From: a virus
Lineage: Duplodnaviria > Caudoviricetes
Direction: 5' to 3' (one strand)
DNA: 64,000 nucleotides
IMG/VR virus record: IMGVR_UViG_2563366756_000009
Span: 23,904-87,903 of that record
The notes beneath the pieces are model-generated. The model made no database searches and was not told the DNA's origin. It worked only from the letters and a program-made list of their open reading frames with translations. Positions within the stretch are counted from its first letter, which is position 1. The number at the start of each line of letters is the position of its first letter. A program made the position numbers and the translations under genes. Below are positions 44,349 through 53,793 of this stretch, piece by piece.

Positions 44349-45737
44349 ATGTCCAACGTTCGAACCCCGACCGCCGCCGTAGCCGAAGCGGCCGAGGATC
44401 TCGCCTTGATCGCCGCTCTGATGGGCGGCACGCGTGCGATGCGTGTTGCTGGTAAGACCTATCTGCCGCAGTGGCCGAACGAGGCGGATGACGCCTACAC
44501 GGCGCGCTTGAACACAGCTACGCTGTTCCCCGCTTTTCCGCGAACGGTCGAAGTGCTGGCAGCAAAGCCGTTTTCCCGGCCGATCACGCTTGACGACGAC
44601 GTTCCGACGCGGATTAAGGAATGGTCAGAAGACATCGACCTTCAGGGTCGAAGCCTCCACACCTACGCGGCGGCGCTTGCTGACACGGTGCTCGCCGAAG
44701 GCATGGCCGGCATCCTGGTCGATTACCCGACGAAGGAAAAAGGGGTGACGACTGTGGCGGACGAGCGCCGGGCAGGTTTGCGTCCGTACTTCGTGCATAT
44801 CCGCAAGGGCGACATCCTCGGATGGCGTTCGATGAGGATCAATGGTGTTGAGACATTGACGCAACTGCGGCTGCTCGAACGCGTGGCTGTCAATGACGGC
44901 CAATTCGGCGAGAAACAGATAGAGCAGGTGCGAGTTCTGTATATCGGGAAGTGGGAAACCTGGCGCGAGACTGAGAAGGTCGACGCGGACGGGAAGAAGG
45001 TCTGGGTGATTCATCAGTCAGGCACCACGACAATGAAGCGCATCCCGTTTGTGCCGGTGTACGGCAAGCGCACGGGCTTTATGACCGCCGTTCCGCCGCT
45101 GATGGAACTGGCGCATGCGAACGTCGAACACTGGCAGTCGAAGAGCGACCAGCAGACCATCCTGCACGTCGCGCGCGTGCCCATACTGTTCGCAAAGAAC
45201 CTCGGCGAAGCGCAGATCGTGGTCGGCGCATCCACGGCGATCAAGGCTGACGGTCCCGACGCTGACATGAAGTTCGTTGAGCACACCGGCAAAGCCATCG
45301 AAGCCGGGCGTCTGTCGCTACTGGATCTCGAAGACCGGATGCGCCAAGCGGGCGCAGAACTGTTGGTCATCAAACCCGGCAACATCACTGAGTCCCAGAC
45401 GCTCGCGGACAACGAGCAAGGCATGTGTGCGCTGCAGCGCATCGCGCACGACGAGGAAGACGCGATCGACGCGGCGCTGCAACTCATGGCCGACTGGGTC
45501 GGTGAGAAGCAGGGCGGCCACGTCACGATCTACAAGGAATTCGGCGCGGCCACGCTCGCGCAGGCGTCTCTCGAGCTTCTGCGCGACATGAACATTGACG
45601 GCACGCTGTCCGATGAGTCGCTTTTCCGCGAGGCCCAGCGGCGCGGTGTGATCAGTCCCGAATTGAACTGGGAAGCAGAGAAGAGCCGCATCGCGGCGAA
45701 CCTCAAGCGCCCTGCAGCGCCCGTGCTCCAAGACTGA
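44349..45737 (+). CDS. Portal protein (DUF4055-like)
   Basis: MGGTRAMR.AG..YLP..Y.ARL, position after terL. Confidence 0.85.
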   Translation: MSNVRTPTAAVAEAAEDLALIAALMGGTRAMRVAGKTYLPQWPNEADDAYTARLNTATLFPAFPRTVEVLAAKPFSRPITLDDDVPTRIKEWSEDIDLQGRSLHTYAAALADTVLAEGMAGILVDYPTKEKGVTTVADERRAGLRPYFVHIRKGDILGWRSMRINGVETLTQLRLLERVAVNDGQFGEKQIEQVRVLYIGKWETWRETEKVDADGKKVWVIHQSGTTTMKRIPFVPVYGKRTGFMTAVPPLMELAHANVEHWQSKSDQQTILHVARVPILFAKNLGEAQIVVGASTAIKADGPDADMKFVEHTGKAIEAGRLSLLDLEDRMRQAGAELLVIKPGNITESQTLADNEQGMCALQRIAHDEEDAIDAALQLMADWVGEKQGGHVTIYKEFGAATLAQASLELLRDMNIDGTLSDESLFREAQRRGVISPELNWEAEKSRIAANLKRPAAPVLQD

Positions 45738-45764
45738 GCGGCCGAGCGTCGAACGATTTACCGA

Positions 45765-45799
45765 AGGCCCCTGGCAACGCGCCCGGGGCCTTTTTCTTT
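45765..45799 (+). terminator. Terminator after portal
   Basis: AGGCCCC..GGGGCCT followed by T runs. Confidence 0.7.
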
Positions 45800-45806
45800 G
45801 CCTGTC

Positions 45807-45864
45807 CGGCGGATGCCGAGGGCGCAACGCGGCGGATGCCGCACGGAATCAAGGGCGGATGCCC
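45807..45864 (+). repeat. Three GGCGGATGCC mini-hairpins with 23-nt period upstream of scaffold gene
   Basis: Copies at 45808, 45831, 45854. Confidence 0.85.
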
Positions 45865-45877
45865 GAGGAAAGCCACC

Positions 45878-46651
45878 ATGCCATTCAAGTACGACGCCGA
45901 AGGGAACATCGTCACGCAGGACGTCAACGGTCAGAAGTTGCCGGTATTCATCAGCGCCGGCGGCGGCGAAGCCCCGTTCGACGCCGATGCCACCGTCGGC
46001 AACATTTCCCGGCTCAACGGCGAGGCCAAGAGTCACCGCGAGCGAGCCGAGAAGGCGGAAGGCACCCTGAAGGCGTTTGAAGGTATCGGTGACCCCGCTG
46101 CCGCTATCGCCGCGCTGGAAACGGTCAAGAACCTGAACGACAAGAAGCTGGTGGATGCCGGCGAAGTCCAGAAGGTGAAGGACCAGGCGATCGCGTCCGT
46201 TCGCGCTGAGTTCGATCCGATCGTCAAAGAACGGGACTCGCTGAAGACGGCACTTTTCGACGAGAAGATCGGCGGCGCTTTCGCCCGCTCGAAATTCATC
46301 GGAGAGAAGGTCGCAATCCCGGCGGACTTCGTCCAAGCGACGTTCGGCAAGCACTTCTCGATCGAGGACGGAAAGATCGTGGCGAAGGACGCGAGCGGCA
46401 ACCAGCTTTTCAGCCGCACGCGCCACGGCGAACCGGCCGACTTCGAGGAGTCGCTGTCGATTCTGATCGACGGCCATCCCCAGCGCGACAGCATCCTGAA
46501 GGGCTCGGGTGCCAGTGGCGGCGGCGCGAGCGGGGGCGGGAACGGCGGCGGTGGTGGCAAGCGCACGATGTCACGTTCCCAGTTCGACGCGTTGGGGCCC
46601 GCAGAAAAGGCGGCCGCAGCGCGTGATACGAATACGACGATCACGGACTGA
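45878..46651 (+). CDS. Capsid scaffold protein (DUF6651-like)
   Basis: GAGGA RBS; LNGEAKSHRE, IGGAFARSKFI, Gly-rich tail; between portal and capsid. Confidence 0.8.
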   Translation: MPFKYDAEGNIVTQDVNGQKLPVFISAGGGEAPFDADATVGNISRLNGEAKSHRERAEKAEGTLKAFEGIGDPAAAIAALETVKNLNDKKLVDAGEVQKVKDQAIASVRAEFDPIVKERDSLKTALFDEKIGGAFARSKFIGEKVAIPADFVQATFGKHFSIEDGKIVAKDASGNQLFSRTRHGEPADFEESLSILIDGHPQRDSILKGSGASGGGASGGGNGGGGGKRTMSRSQFDALGPAEKAAAARDTNTTITD

Positions 46652-46715
46652 TCAGTCCAATACCCAACTGAAGGCCGCCGCGTGCGGCCATTTTTGTTTA
46701 AAGAGGCTCATCCAG

Positions 46716-48038
46716 ATGAAGCGTTTCCTTTCCAATCTGCGCCGTATGGCGCTGGTCGCTATCGCGTTCGCGGTCGTGGCCTATCCGGCTGCGACCATGA
46801 CAAAGGTCGCTTCGAAAGCCATGGAATGGTTCCATGCAATGGCACTGCGGCCGGTCGGCGGCGTGGTCCTCGGCGCTAATACTCTGACCGGCCTCATTCC
46901 CACCATCTACGAGGCGCTCGACGTCGTCTCGCGCGAATTGGTCGGAATGATCCCGGCAGTATCGCGCAACAGCAGCGGCGCGCGCGCTGCGCTCAATGAG
47001 CTGATCACCATTCCGATCGCGCCGCCGGGCACCATGGCCGACAACACGCCGGCCGTTACGGCCCCGAATACGGGTGATTCGAATATCGGCAATGTGTCGA
47101 TGACCATCAGCAAATCGAAGCACGTGCCGATTCGCTGGAACGGCGAAGAGCAAAAGGGCATGAACAACGCCGGGACGTACGGTGGCGTGCTGATGAATCA
47201 GTTCGCGCAAGCGTTCCGTACCCTGGGCAACGCCATCGAGGTCGATTTGGCCACCACGGCCTATCAAAATGCGTCGCGCGCCTACGGTACGCCGGGCACG
47301 GCCCCGTTCGGCACCCCAGGTGACCTGTCGGATATCGCGCAGGTGCGCAAGATCCTCGACGACAACGGCGCGCCGCAGATCGACCTGCAATTGGCGCTTG
47401 GATCGTCCGCAATCGCCAACCTGCGCGGCAAGCAGAACGTCCTGTTCAAGGTGAATGAAGCGGGAACCGACGAGCTGCTGCGCCGGGGCATGATCGGCGA
47501 ACTTGAAGGCATGGCTATCCGCAACTCGGCCGCCATCAAGCCGATCGCGAAGGGCAGCGGCGCAAGCTATACCACGGATACCGCCGGATATGCGATCGGC
47601 GCCACGCAGATAGGTCTGATCACTGGCACGGGTACCGTGCTGGCAGGCGACACGGTCACGTTCGCGGGCGACGCGAACAAATACGTGGTGGCAAGCGGTG
47701 TGACCGCGCCCGGCGTGGTCACGATCGCTGCCCCGGGCCTGCTGCAAGCCATCCCGTCTTCGGCTACGGCTGTCTCAGTGGGTGCCACGGCAACGTCGAA
47801 CCTCGCGTTCAGCCGCTCTGCAATCCAACTGATTACCCGCGCACCGGCAATGCCGATCGGCCCGGATGGCAAGGCGATGGACATGGCCGACGACGTGATC
47901 CAAGTGACTGACCCTGTCACCGGCATCACGTTCGACGTCGCTGTGTACCGCCAATTCATGCAGTTGGTCTACCACGTGCGTCTGGCGTGGGGCACGCAGG
48001 CCATCAAGTCGAACCACATCGCCACGCTGCTCGGCTAA
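46716..48038 (+). CDS. Major capsid protein (P22 coat-like) with hydrophobic N-terminal leader
   Basis: AAGAGG RBS; NTLTGLIPTIYEALDVVSRELVG, YHVRLAWG. Confidence 0.88.
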   Translation: MKRFLSNLRRMALVAIAFAVVAYPAATMTKVASKAMEWFHAMALRPVGGVVLGANTLTGLIPTIYEALDVVSRELVGMIPAVSRNSSGARAALNELITIPIAPPGTMADNTPAVTAPNTGDSNIGNVSMTISKSKHVPIRWNGEEQKGMNNAGTYGGVLMNQFAQAFRTLGNAIEVDLATTAYQNASRAYGTPGTAPFGTPGDLSDIAQVRKILDDNGAPQIDLQLALGSSAIANLRGKQNVLFKVNEAGTDELLRRGMIGELEGMAIRNSAAIKPIAKGSGASYTTDTAGYAIGATQIGLITGTGTVLAGDTVTFAGDANKYVVASGVTAPGVVTIAAPGLLQAIPSSATAVSVGATATSNLAFSRSAIQLITRAPAMPIGPDGKAMDMADDVIQVTDPVTGITFDVAVYRQFMQLVYHVRLAWGTQAIKSNHIATLLG

Positions 48039-48112
48039 TCCGGCACGAGGCTTTCCGTAACTTATCGGGGCGGCGGATTTACGTTGTCGCCCCGGATCGC
48101 ATTGGAGTGACC

Positions 48113-48367
48113 ATGCAACTCGAAACGGTCAAAGTCGTTTCGCCGGTGTCGGACGACAACCCGCTCGGCTACATCGTGATCAACAAGACGGACCTCACCG
48201 ACGAGCACGAGCTTTTCGATGAAGACGGCGCGAAGAAGGAACCAGCCGCAAAGGCGCTCACCGTCGAGCAACTGAAGGCGGCGCTCGCCGATAAGGGCAT
48301 CGCTATTCCGGATGGCGCGAAGAAGGCGGACCTGCAGGCACTTCTCGACAAGGCCAACGAAGGCTAA
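48113..48367 (+). CDS. Small head protein with HeH/LEM-like C-terminus
   Basis: LTVEQLKAALADKGIAIPDGAKKADLQALL. Confidence 0.7.
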   Translation: MQLETVKVVSPVSDDNPLGYIVINKTDLTDEHELFDEDGAKKEPAAKALTVEQLKAALADKGIAIPDGAKKADLQALLDKANEG

Positions 48368-48370
48368 ACC

Positions 48371-48769
48371 ATGCTCACCGACGCGCAACTGACCGATGTT
48401 CGGCGGTTTATGGGGTACCCGCTCGCGGGCACGACCATGCCGATCACGAACGATCAGGACATCGTCTACGGGCGCTTCGGGATGGTGGTCATGTCCCTGT
48501 ATCAGCGGCTGACGACGCTGTCTGCGAGCGAGGAAGCGGTGATGGTCACCTATCTGGCGACCCTCACTGAACTGGAATCGGCTGTGCCTGCAACCGGCGA
48601 CAACCTCGACACCCAACAGGCGGCAGTCTGGAAGCACAACCCGTATGAAATGCGCGACCGTCTGGCGCTATTCGATGAGTGGCGGCGCCGCCTTTGCGCG
48701 TTCATCGGCTTTGCGCCAGGTCCGATGCTTGGCCCCGGCGGCGCGACGATTGCCCTTAGCCGGGCCTGA
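48371..48769 (+). CDS. Head-tail adaptor
   Basis: Synteny after capsid; LTDAQ.TDVRRFMGY. Confidence 0.65.
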   Translation: MLTDAQLTDVRRFMGYPLAGTTMPITNDQDIVYGRFGMVVMSLYQRLTTLSASEEAVMVTYLATLTELESAVPATGDNLDTQQAAVWKHNPYEMRDRLALFDEWRRRLCAFIGFAPGPMLGPGGATIALSRA

Positions 48770-48778
48770 TATACCACG

Positions 48779-49450
48779 ATGGACGCGATTACTCTTCAGA
48801 ACCGCATCTACGCGGGCTACGCGCAGGCGGCGAAGCGGCTCGGGCTGAGCTACGTGAAGTTCCGTCCGGCCAGCGCGGCGAATCCACTTGCCACGCAGAC
48901 CGGTAGCCTGCTCGCGGCGTTCAATGCCGAGGATATGAGCTACGGGAAGCCGAATCGCTACGGTGATCCGGTCTGGTACGGCCTGTTCGACGGGCGGAAG
49001 ACGCAGGCCGGTGACTATCTCGTCGGGCCGGGCGGCACATTCTTCATCGCAAGCCAGCAGTTACACCTGCCGATTCAATGCGTCGAGTGCAACGTCACCG
49101 TACGCGCGACCCGCGTCGCACCGGCCACCGGCGTTGGGGCCGTCGGTTACGGCGGCCCATGCGGCGAGCCCGGCGCGGGCGGCGACGACTATCTGATCGG
49201 CGACGCGACGGGCGCAGGCTGGCCGGCGTCGATCCTGTTGTTCGGGCAGCGCGAGAAGTCCATCAGTGGCCTGCCGTCCTCTTCGCAGCAGATCGGCTGG
49301 CGGATATTGCTGCCGAGGTCGGTGCCGGCGTCGGTCGTCTTCCAAGCATCTGACACTCTCTCCTGCAACCTTGGTCGGCGGTACGTCGTTCAGGGCGCGG
49401 AACTGACCGATATGGGCTGGCGCCTGACCACCACGGAACTGCACGCGTAA
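48779..49450 (+). CDS. Head closure / neck protein
   Basis: Synteny, beta-rich. Confidence 0.6.
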   Translation: MDAITLQNRIYAGYAQAAKRLGLSYVKFRPASAANPLATQTGSLLAAFNAEDMSYGKPNRYGDPVWYGLFDGRKTQAGDYLVGPGGTFFIASQQLHLPIQCVECNVTVRATRVAPATGVGAVGYGGPCGEPGAGGDDYLIGDATGAGWPASILLFGQREKSISGLPSSSQQIGWRILLPRSVPASVVFQASDTLSCNLGRRYVVQGAELTDMGWRLTTTELHA

Positions 49451-50280
49451 TGGCCGACCTTTCAGACGTCAGCAACCTGATCGTGGCTCAGGTTGCCGCT
49501 TACCTGTACCCGAACGGCACGGCGAACCCGATCTCGCCCATCGTTGGGTGCGCCGTCAAGGTGTTTCCAGGCTGGCCGCAGCCCGAAGCGATGCGCGAAG
49601 ACTTCGCCAGCAACATCGGGTACGTATCGGTCTACCCGTTGCCGACTGAGACAGTGCTTCGCTCCACGGTTCGCGAGTGGGAATTGCAATCGATCGCGGC
49701 CCCGACCGTGACGGTCACCGTGAGCGACGCCACCGTAACGCTCGGCGGCGCTGTGGCTGCGCCCCAGAACGTCGCGGCGATCGTTGACGGCAAGCCGTAC
49801 GTCTACGGTGTACAGGCGACTGACTCGCTCGCAGGAATCGCAACGGCACTGGCCACCGCAATCAGTGCGGATCGCCCGGCGACATCGGCTGGCCCCGCTT
49901 TCACCGTTCCCGGGGCGCACTCGCTCGAGGCTCGCGTAGGTACAACCGGCAGGATCATTCGAGAACTGCGGCGGCAGCGCAAAGGCTTTCAGATCACGGC
50001 TTGGGGCAACTGCTTTGATGTCCGGGATCGGCTGGGCATGGCAATCGACCAGGCGATAGGCCCGCTCGTGCGGGCGACGCTGCCGGATGGCTCGATGGCG
50101 ATCTTTCATTACCAGAGCAGCCGCCAGGACGACGCGCAGCAGAAGCAGCAGATCTACCGCCGGGACGTGATCTACGGCGTCGACTATTCCACCACCCAGA
50201 TCGACAACGCTTTCGGCGTTGTTGCGCCGCAGGCTTTCATCACCGGCGGTGTTGATGCGCTGGACATTCACATTTCGTGA
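49450..50280 (+). CDS. Tail terminator / neck protein
   Basis: Synteny before sheath; GWPQPE, FQITAW. Confidence 0.6.
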   Translation: MADLSDVSNLIVAQVAAYLYPNGTANPISPIVGCAVKVFPGWPQPEAMREDFASNIGYVSVYPLPTETVLRSTVREWELQSIAAPTVTVTVSDATVTLGGAVAAPQNVAAIVDGKPYVYGVQATDSLAGIATALATAISADRPATSAGPAFTVPGAHSLEARVGTTGRIIRELRRQRKGFQITAWGNCFDVRDRLGMAIDQAIGPLVRATLPDGSMAIFHYQSSRQDDAQQKQQIYRRDVIYGVDYSTTQIDNAFGVVAPQAFITGGVDALDIHIS

Positions 50281-50287
50281 GGCACTC

Positions 50288-50452
50288 ATGAATCTCGTTG
50301 TTTTGCACGCCTTTGGCAGCTACCAGAAGGGTGACCAGATCACCGATGCCGACAAGGTCGCGGCCATTCTCGAATCGGAACAGGCAGCCTATGTGGTGAA
50401 GGTCGCCACGCCGGACGATTCGGGCGGCACCAAGCCGAAATCCGGCAAGTAA
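50288..50452 (+). CDS. Small virion protein before sheath
   Basis: GAGG RBS, MNLVVLHAFGSYQKGDQITD. Confidence 0.65.
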   Translation: MNLVVLHAFGSYQKGDQITDADKVAAILESEQAAYVVKVATPDDSGGTKPKSGK

Positions 50453-50515
50453 GTCGCTCAACAAACAGCATTTGCAGACCGCCTCCGGGCGGTTTTTTCG
50501 TTTCCGGAGGCACAA

Positions 50516-52057
50516 ATGCCGGTTTCTCAAGAAGGCGCGCTGAATACCACCGCGCTGATCGTCCCGGACGTCTACGTCCAGATCCTCTCGCCGCGCAACA
50601 CGCTCATCAACGGCCTGCCGACCAACATCCTCGGTATCGTAGGCACTGCTCAGTGGGGCCCGGTGAACTCGCCCACGATCGTTGGCGACATGGCGGGTTA
50701 CGCCCAGAACTTCGGTGCCGTGATGCCCCGAAAGTACGACATGGGCACGCAGGTGGCCGTGGCCGCGCTTCAGGGGGCCAACAACTTCCGATGTGTGCGA
50801 GTCACGGACGGCACCGACGTCGCGGCCAGCGCGGTAATAGGAGCGTCGCCGACGAACATCACGTTCACGGCGAAGTACACCGGGACGTTGGGCAATAGCC
50901 TAGTCGTGACACTGGGCACCGGCTCGGCCGCGAACTCATGGCGTGCCGTCGTAGCAATGCCCGGACAGGTTCCCGAGGTGTTTGACAACATCACTGGCAC
51001 CGGTGCGGCGTTGTGGGCCAACATCGCGGCGGCCCTCAATCTGGGGCAGTCGGGCCTGCGCGGGCCGTCCCAGTTCATCGTCGCAACGGCTGGCACCGGA
51101 ACCACGGCGCCGACAGCAGGCAGCACTACGCTCTCGGGCGGCACGGACGGCGCGACCACCATCACGAGCGCTACCCTTCTTGGCGTCGATACAGTGCCGC
51201 GCAAGGGCATGTATGCGCTTCGCAACACGTTCACAAGCGTTGCAATGCTGGCAGATTGCGACGACTCGACGAGTTGGACAACTCAGGTGGCGTTCGGGCT
51301 GTCCGAGGGGATTTATATGATCGCCGTCGGCCCCGTTGGTGACACGATCACGAACGCGTCGGCTACGAAAGCCAGTGCTGGCATCGACACATACACTCTG
51401 AAGCTTCTTTTTGGGGACTGGGTCTACTGGCAAGACACGGTGAACAACGTGATCCGCCTCGTCTCGCCGCAGGGCTTCGTGGCAGGTCGCTTGGCAAATC
51501 TGTCGCCCGAGCAATCGAGCCTGAACAAGCCCCTCTACGGCATTGTCGGCACGCAGAAGTCGATGCAGAACCAGTTGTACTCGAGCGCTGAGCTGCAAGC
51601 ACTCGCTCAAGCTGGCATCGACATCGTCACGAACCCCATCCCGGCGGGCAACTCGTTCGGCGTGCGTATCGGACACAACGCGAGCAGCAACCCGGTCATC
51701 AACGGCGACAACTACACGCGGATGACAAACTACCTTGCATACACGCTCAACAGCGCGATGGGTAAGTTCGTCGGGAAGCTTCAGTCGACGCAAAAGAACG
51801 ATCCTCTTCGTCGTCAGGCGGGATCGACCATAAGTTCGTGGCTCGAAACCATGAAGGGGGATGGTGACAATGTCGGCATGATCGACGACTTCTCCAACCA
51901 ATGCGACGATCGCAATAACCCTCCGAATCGCGTCGCGCTTGGCTACTTGCAGGATGACTGCAAGGTGCGTTACCTCGGCGTCGTCGAGAAATTCATCATC
52001 AACCTGGAAGGTGGCCAGTCGGTCACCGTCACGCGCCAGAGCACGCAGCCGGCGTAA
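50516..52057 (+). CDS. Tail sheath protein
   Basis: PDVYVQI, GTAQWGPVN, LSGGTDG, NYTRMTNYLA. Confidence 0.92.
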   Translation: MPVSQEGALNTTALIVPDVYVQILSPRNTLINGLPTNILGIVGTAQWGPVNSPTIVGDMAGYAQNFGAVMPRKYDMGTQVAVAALQGANNFRCVRVTDGTDVAASAVIGASPTNITFTAKYTGTLGNSLVVTLGTGSAANSWRAVVAMPGQVPEVFDNITGTGAALWANIAAALNLGQSGLRGPSQFIVATAGTGTTAPTAGSTTLSGGTDGATTITSATLLGVDTVPRKGMYALRNTFTSVAMLADCDDSTSWTTQVAFGLSEGIYMIAVGPVGDTITNASATKASAGIDTYTLKLLFGDWVYWQDTVNNVIRLVSPQGFVAGRLANLSPEQSSLNKPLYGIVGTQKSMQNQLYSSAELQALAQAGIDIVTNPIPAGNSFGVRIGHNASSNPVINGDNYTRMTNYLAYTLNSAMGKFVGKLQSTQKNDPLRRQAGSTISSWLETMKGDGDNVGMIDDFSNQCDDRNNPPNRVALGYLQDDCKVRYLGVVEKFIINLEGGQSVTVTRQSTQPA

Positions 52058-52115
52058 CCCTCGCTGAAACATCTTGGCCCGCCGAGCGCGGGCTGTTCTC
52101 ATTTCGGAGTTCGCC

Positions 52116-52547
52116 ATGCCAGTGAATGGCTTTAACGTCGGCCGCGACGTGTCGGTCGACATCAACACGTCGACCGGCCCATTGAATTTCGGCCTAATCA
52201 CCAAATTCACCGCCAAGCAGGACATCACCGACAAGAAGGTGAAGGGCCTCGACGGCATCACGCGCCACGTGCGTTTCCCGGACGGCTGGTCAGGAACCTT
52301 CGACGTCGAGCGTCAGGGGCCGGAACTCGATAACTTCTTCGCCCAGGCAGAAGACAATTATTACGCCGGTGTGGATGAGCAGGGTGGCACGATCACCGAA
52401 ACCATCACCGAAGTGTCGGGCGCCGTGTCGCAATTTCGCTTCCTCGGCGTGCTGTTGAAGTACGACGACGCGGGCGACTGGTCGGGTGACGACACGGTTA
52501 AGCAGAAGGTCTCATTTGTGGCCTCGCGCCGCGTAAAGGTGTCTTGA
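52116..52547 (+). CDS. Tail tube protein
   Basis: GFNVGRDVSVDI..PDGWSGTF, after sheath. Confidence 0.85.
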   Translation: MPVNGFNVGRDVSVDINTSTGPLNFGLITKFTAKQDITDKKVKGLDGITRHVRFPDGWSGTFDVERQGPELDNFFAQAEDNYYAGVDEQGGTITETITEVSGAVSQFRFLGVLLKYDDAGDWSGDDTVKQKVSFVASRRVKVS

Positions 52548-52548
52548 T

Positions 52549-52920
52549 ATGACGAAGCTCATTGTGAACACGGGGACGCCGAGCGACGAAATTGTGAAGG
52601 CGGCGATGGCTGAACACTCCGTGCAGGACGCCACCGGTCGCACGCTACTACTGCGCAAGCCGGGCATTCTGGCGCAGTACCGCCTCATTGAGGCGCTGGG
52701 CGACTCGGCCAAGAACGAGGCCTATATGGGCATGGTCATGCCGTTGCTGTTCGTCGGCGCGATCAACGGCGATGCCGTGCCACCCCTGCGCACCAAGTCC
52801 GAGGTGGAGGCGCTTATCCAACGCTTGGACGACGCTGGCGTCGAGGCGGTCATGCTCGGGGTTCAGGCCCACTTCGCTCGCCAAGATCCGGAGGCGGACC
52901 GGGACGCGCTAAAAAAATAG
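52549..52920 (+). CDS. Tail assembly chaperone (G-like)
   Basis: After tube; ends CTA AAA AAA TAG. Confidence 0.8.
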   Translation: MTKLIVNTGTPSDEIVKAAMAEHSVQDATGRTLLLRKPGILAQYRLIEALGDSAKNEAYMGMVMPLLFVGAINGDAVPPLRTKSEVEALIQRLDDAGVEAVMLGVQAHFARQDPEADRDALKK

Positions 52921-53096
52921 TCAGGGCCACGCCGATCCGCGAGGCGCTTTGGCTCGTGAAGAATGGCGTGCCCTTTGATGTTGCATTCAGCGTCAACGAC
53001 GCCACGCGTGCGGGCTGGGCCATCATCTTCAGCGAGATGGAAGGGCACGTATTCAACTTCCGGACGATGGAGTTCGAAAAGGCGGGGGCGAGATGA
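52911..53096 (+). other. -1 frameshift extension (T-like) of chaperone, no own start codon
   Basis: A AAA AAA heptamer; -1 frame reads KKIVRATPIREALWLVKNGVPFDVAFS..EKAGAR*. Confidence 0.8.
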
Positions 53097-53581
53097 AGGA
53101 ATTCGGTGATCTGGCATCGTTTGCAGCACATCTTGGGACGATGGCGGCGGCAACCGACCGTAGTCTGCACCACGGGTTGAAGAAGGTCGCGGTCGTCATC
53201 GAGAAGCGGGCGGAAACGAAGTTCGGGCATTACCAGACGAGCGTCGGGCCGTTCTCGGCGTGGGCGCCGCTTGCTGAGGCGACGAAAGCGGACCGAGTCG
53301 CCAGCGGGTTCACGCCGGACGACCCACTGCTTCGTACTGGCAGCCTGCGAGACTCGATCGGGCACCAGGTTTCCCATCTGGAAGCGATCATTGGTTCACC
53401 CGATGACCGGATGGTTTGGCAGGAACTGGGGACTGACAAGATTCCGCCCCGCCCCGTGCTCGGGCCTGCGGCGGTCGAATCGAAGAAGGAAATCGAAAGA
53501 ATCGTCGCGGGGGCTGCGGTCAGCGGCCTGCTGGGCGGCGATGTAATGGCGGGTGCGTTGGCGAAGACCTACGAGGGCTGA
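53093..53581 (+). CDS. Virion morphogenesis protein (HK97 gp10-like)
   Basis: WAPLAEATK..LLRTGSLRDSI..ELGTDKIPPRPVLGPA. Confidence 0.8.
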   Translation: MKEFGDLASFAAHLGTMAAATDRSLHHGLKKVAVVIEKRAETKFGHYQTSVGPFSAWAPLAEATKADRVASGFTPDDPLLRTGSLRDSIGHQVSHLEAIIGSPDDRMVWQELGTDKIPPRPVLGPAAVESKKEIERIVAGAAVSGLLGGDVMAGALAKTYEG

Positions 53582-53793
53582 CTGCCGAAGCTCGCGAGCA
53601 CGAAGAACCCCACGATCAGCACTACGGGTGCCCACAGCCACCACATCAGGATCACGAAGACGAGCCACTTCAGCAGCGGCCCGGCCCACGAGCCTGATAC
53701 CCGCTCGACCTTTGTTCGGCGGATCCTCGGGTACTGGACGAAGCTGAATCGTTCGGCCGCCCATTCATGCATCCGATAGAGAAACTTTCCCAT
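53569..53793 (-). CDS. Small counter-oriented membrane protein
   Basis: 74 aa with long C-terminal hydrophobic stretch; start overlaps tape measure ATG. Confidence 0.5.
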   Translation of the reverse strand: MGKFLYRMHEWAAERFSFVQYPRIRRTKVERVSGSWAGPLLKWLVFVILMWWLWAPVVLIVGFFVLASFGSQPS

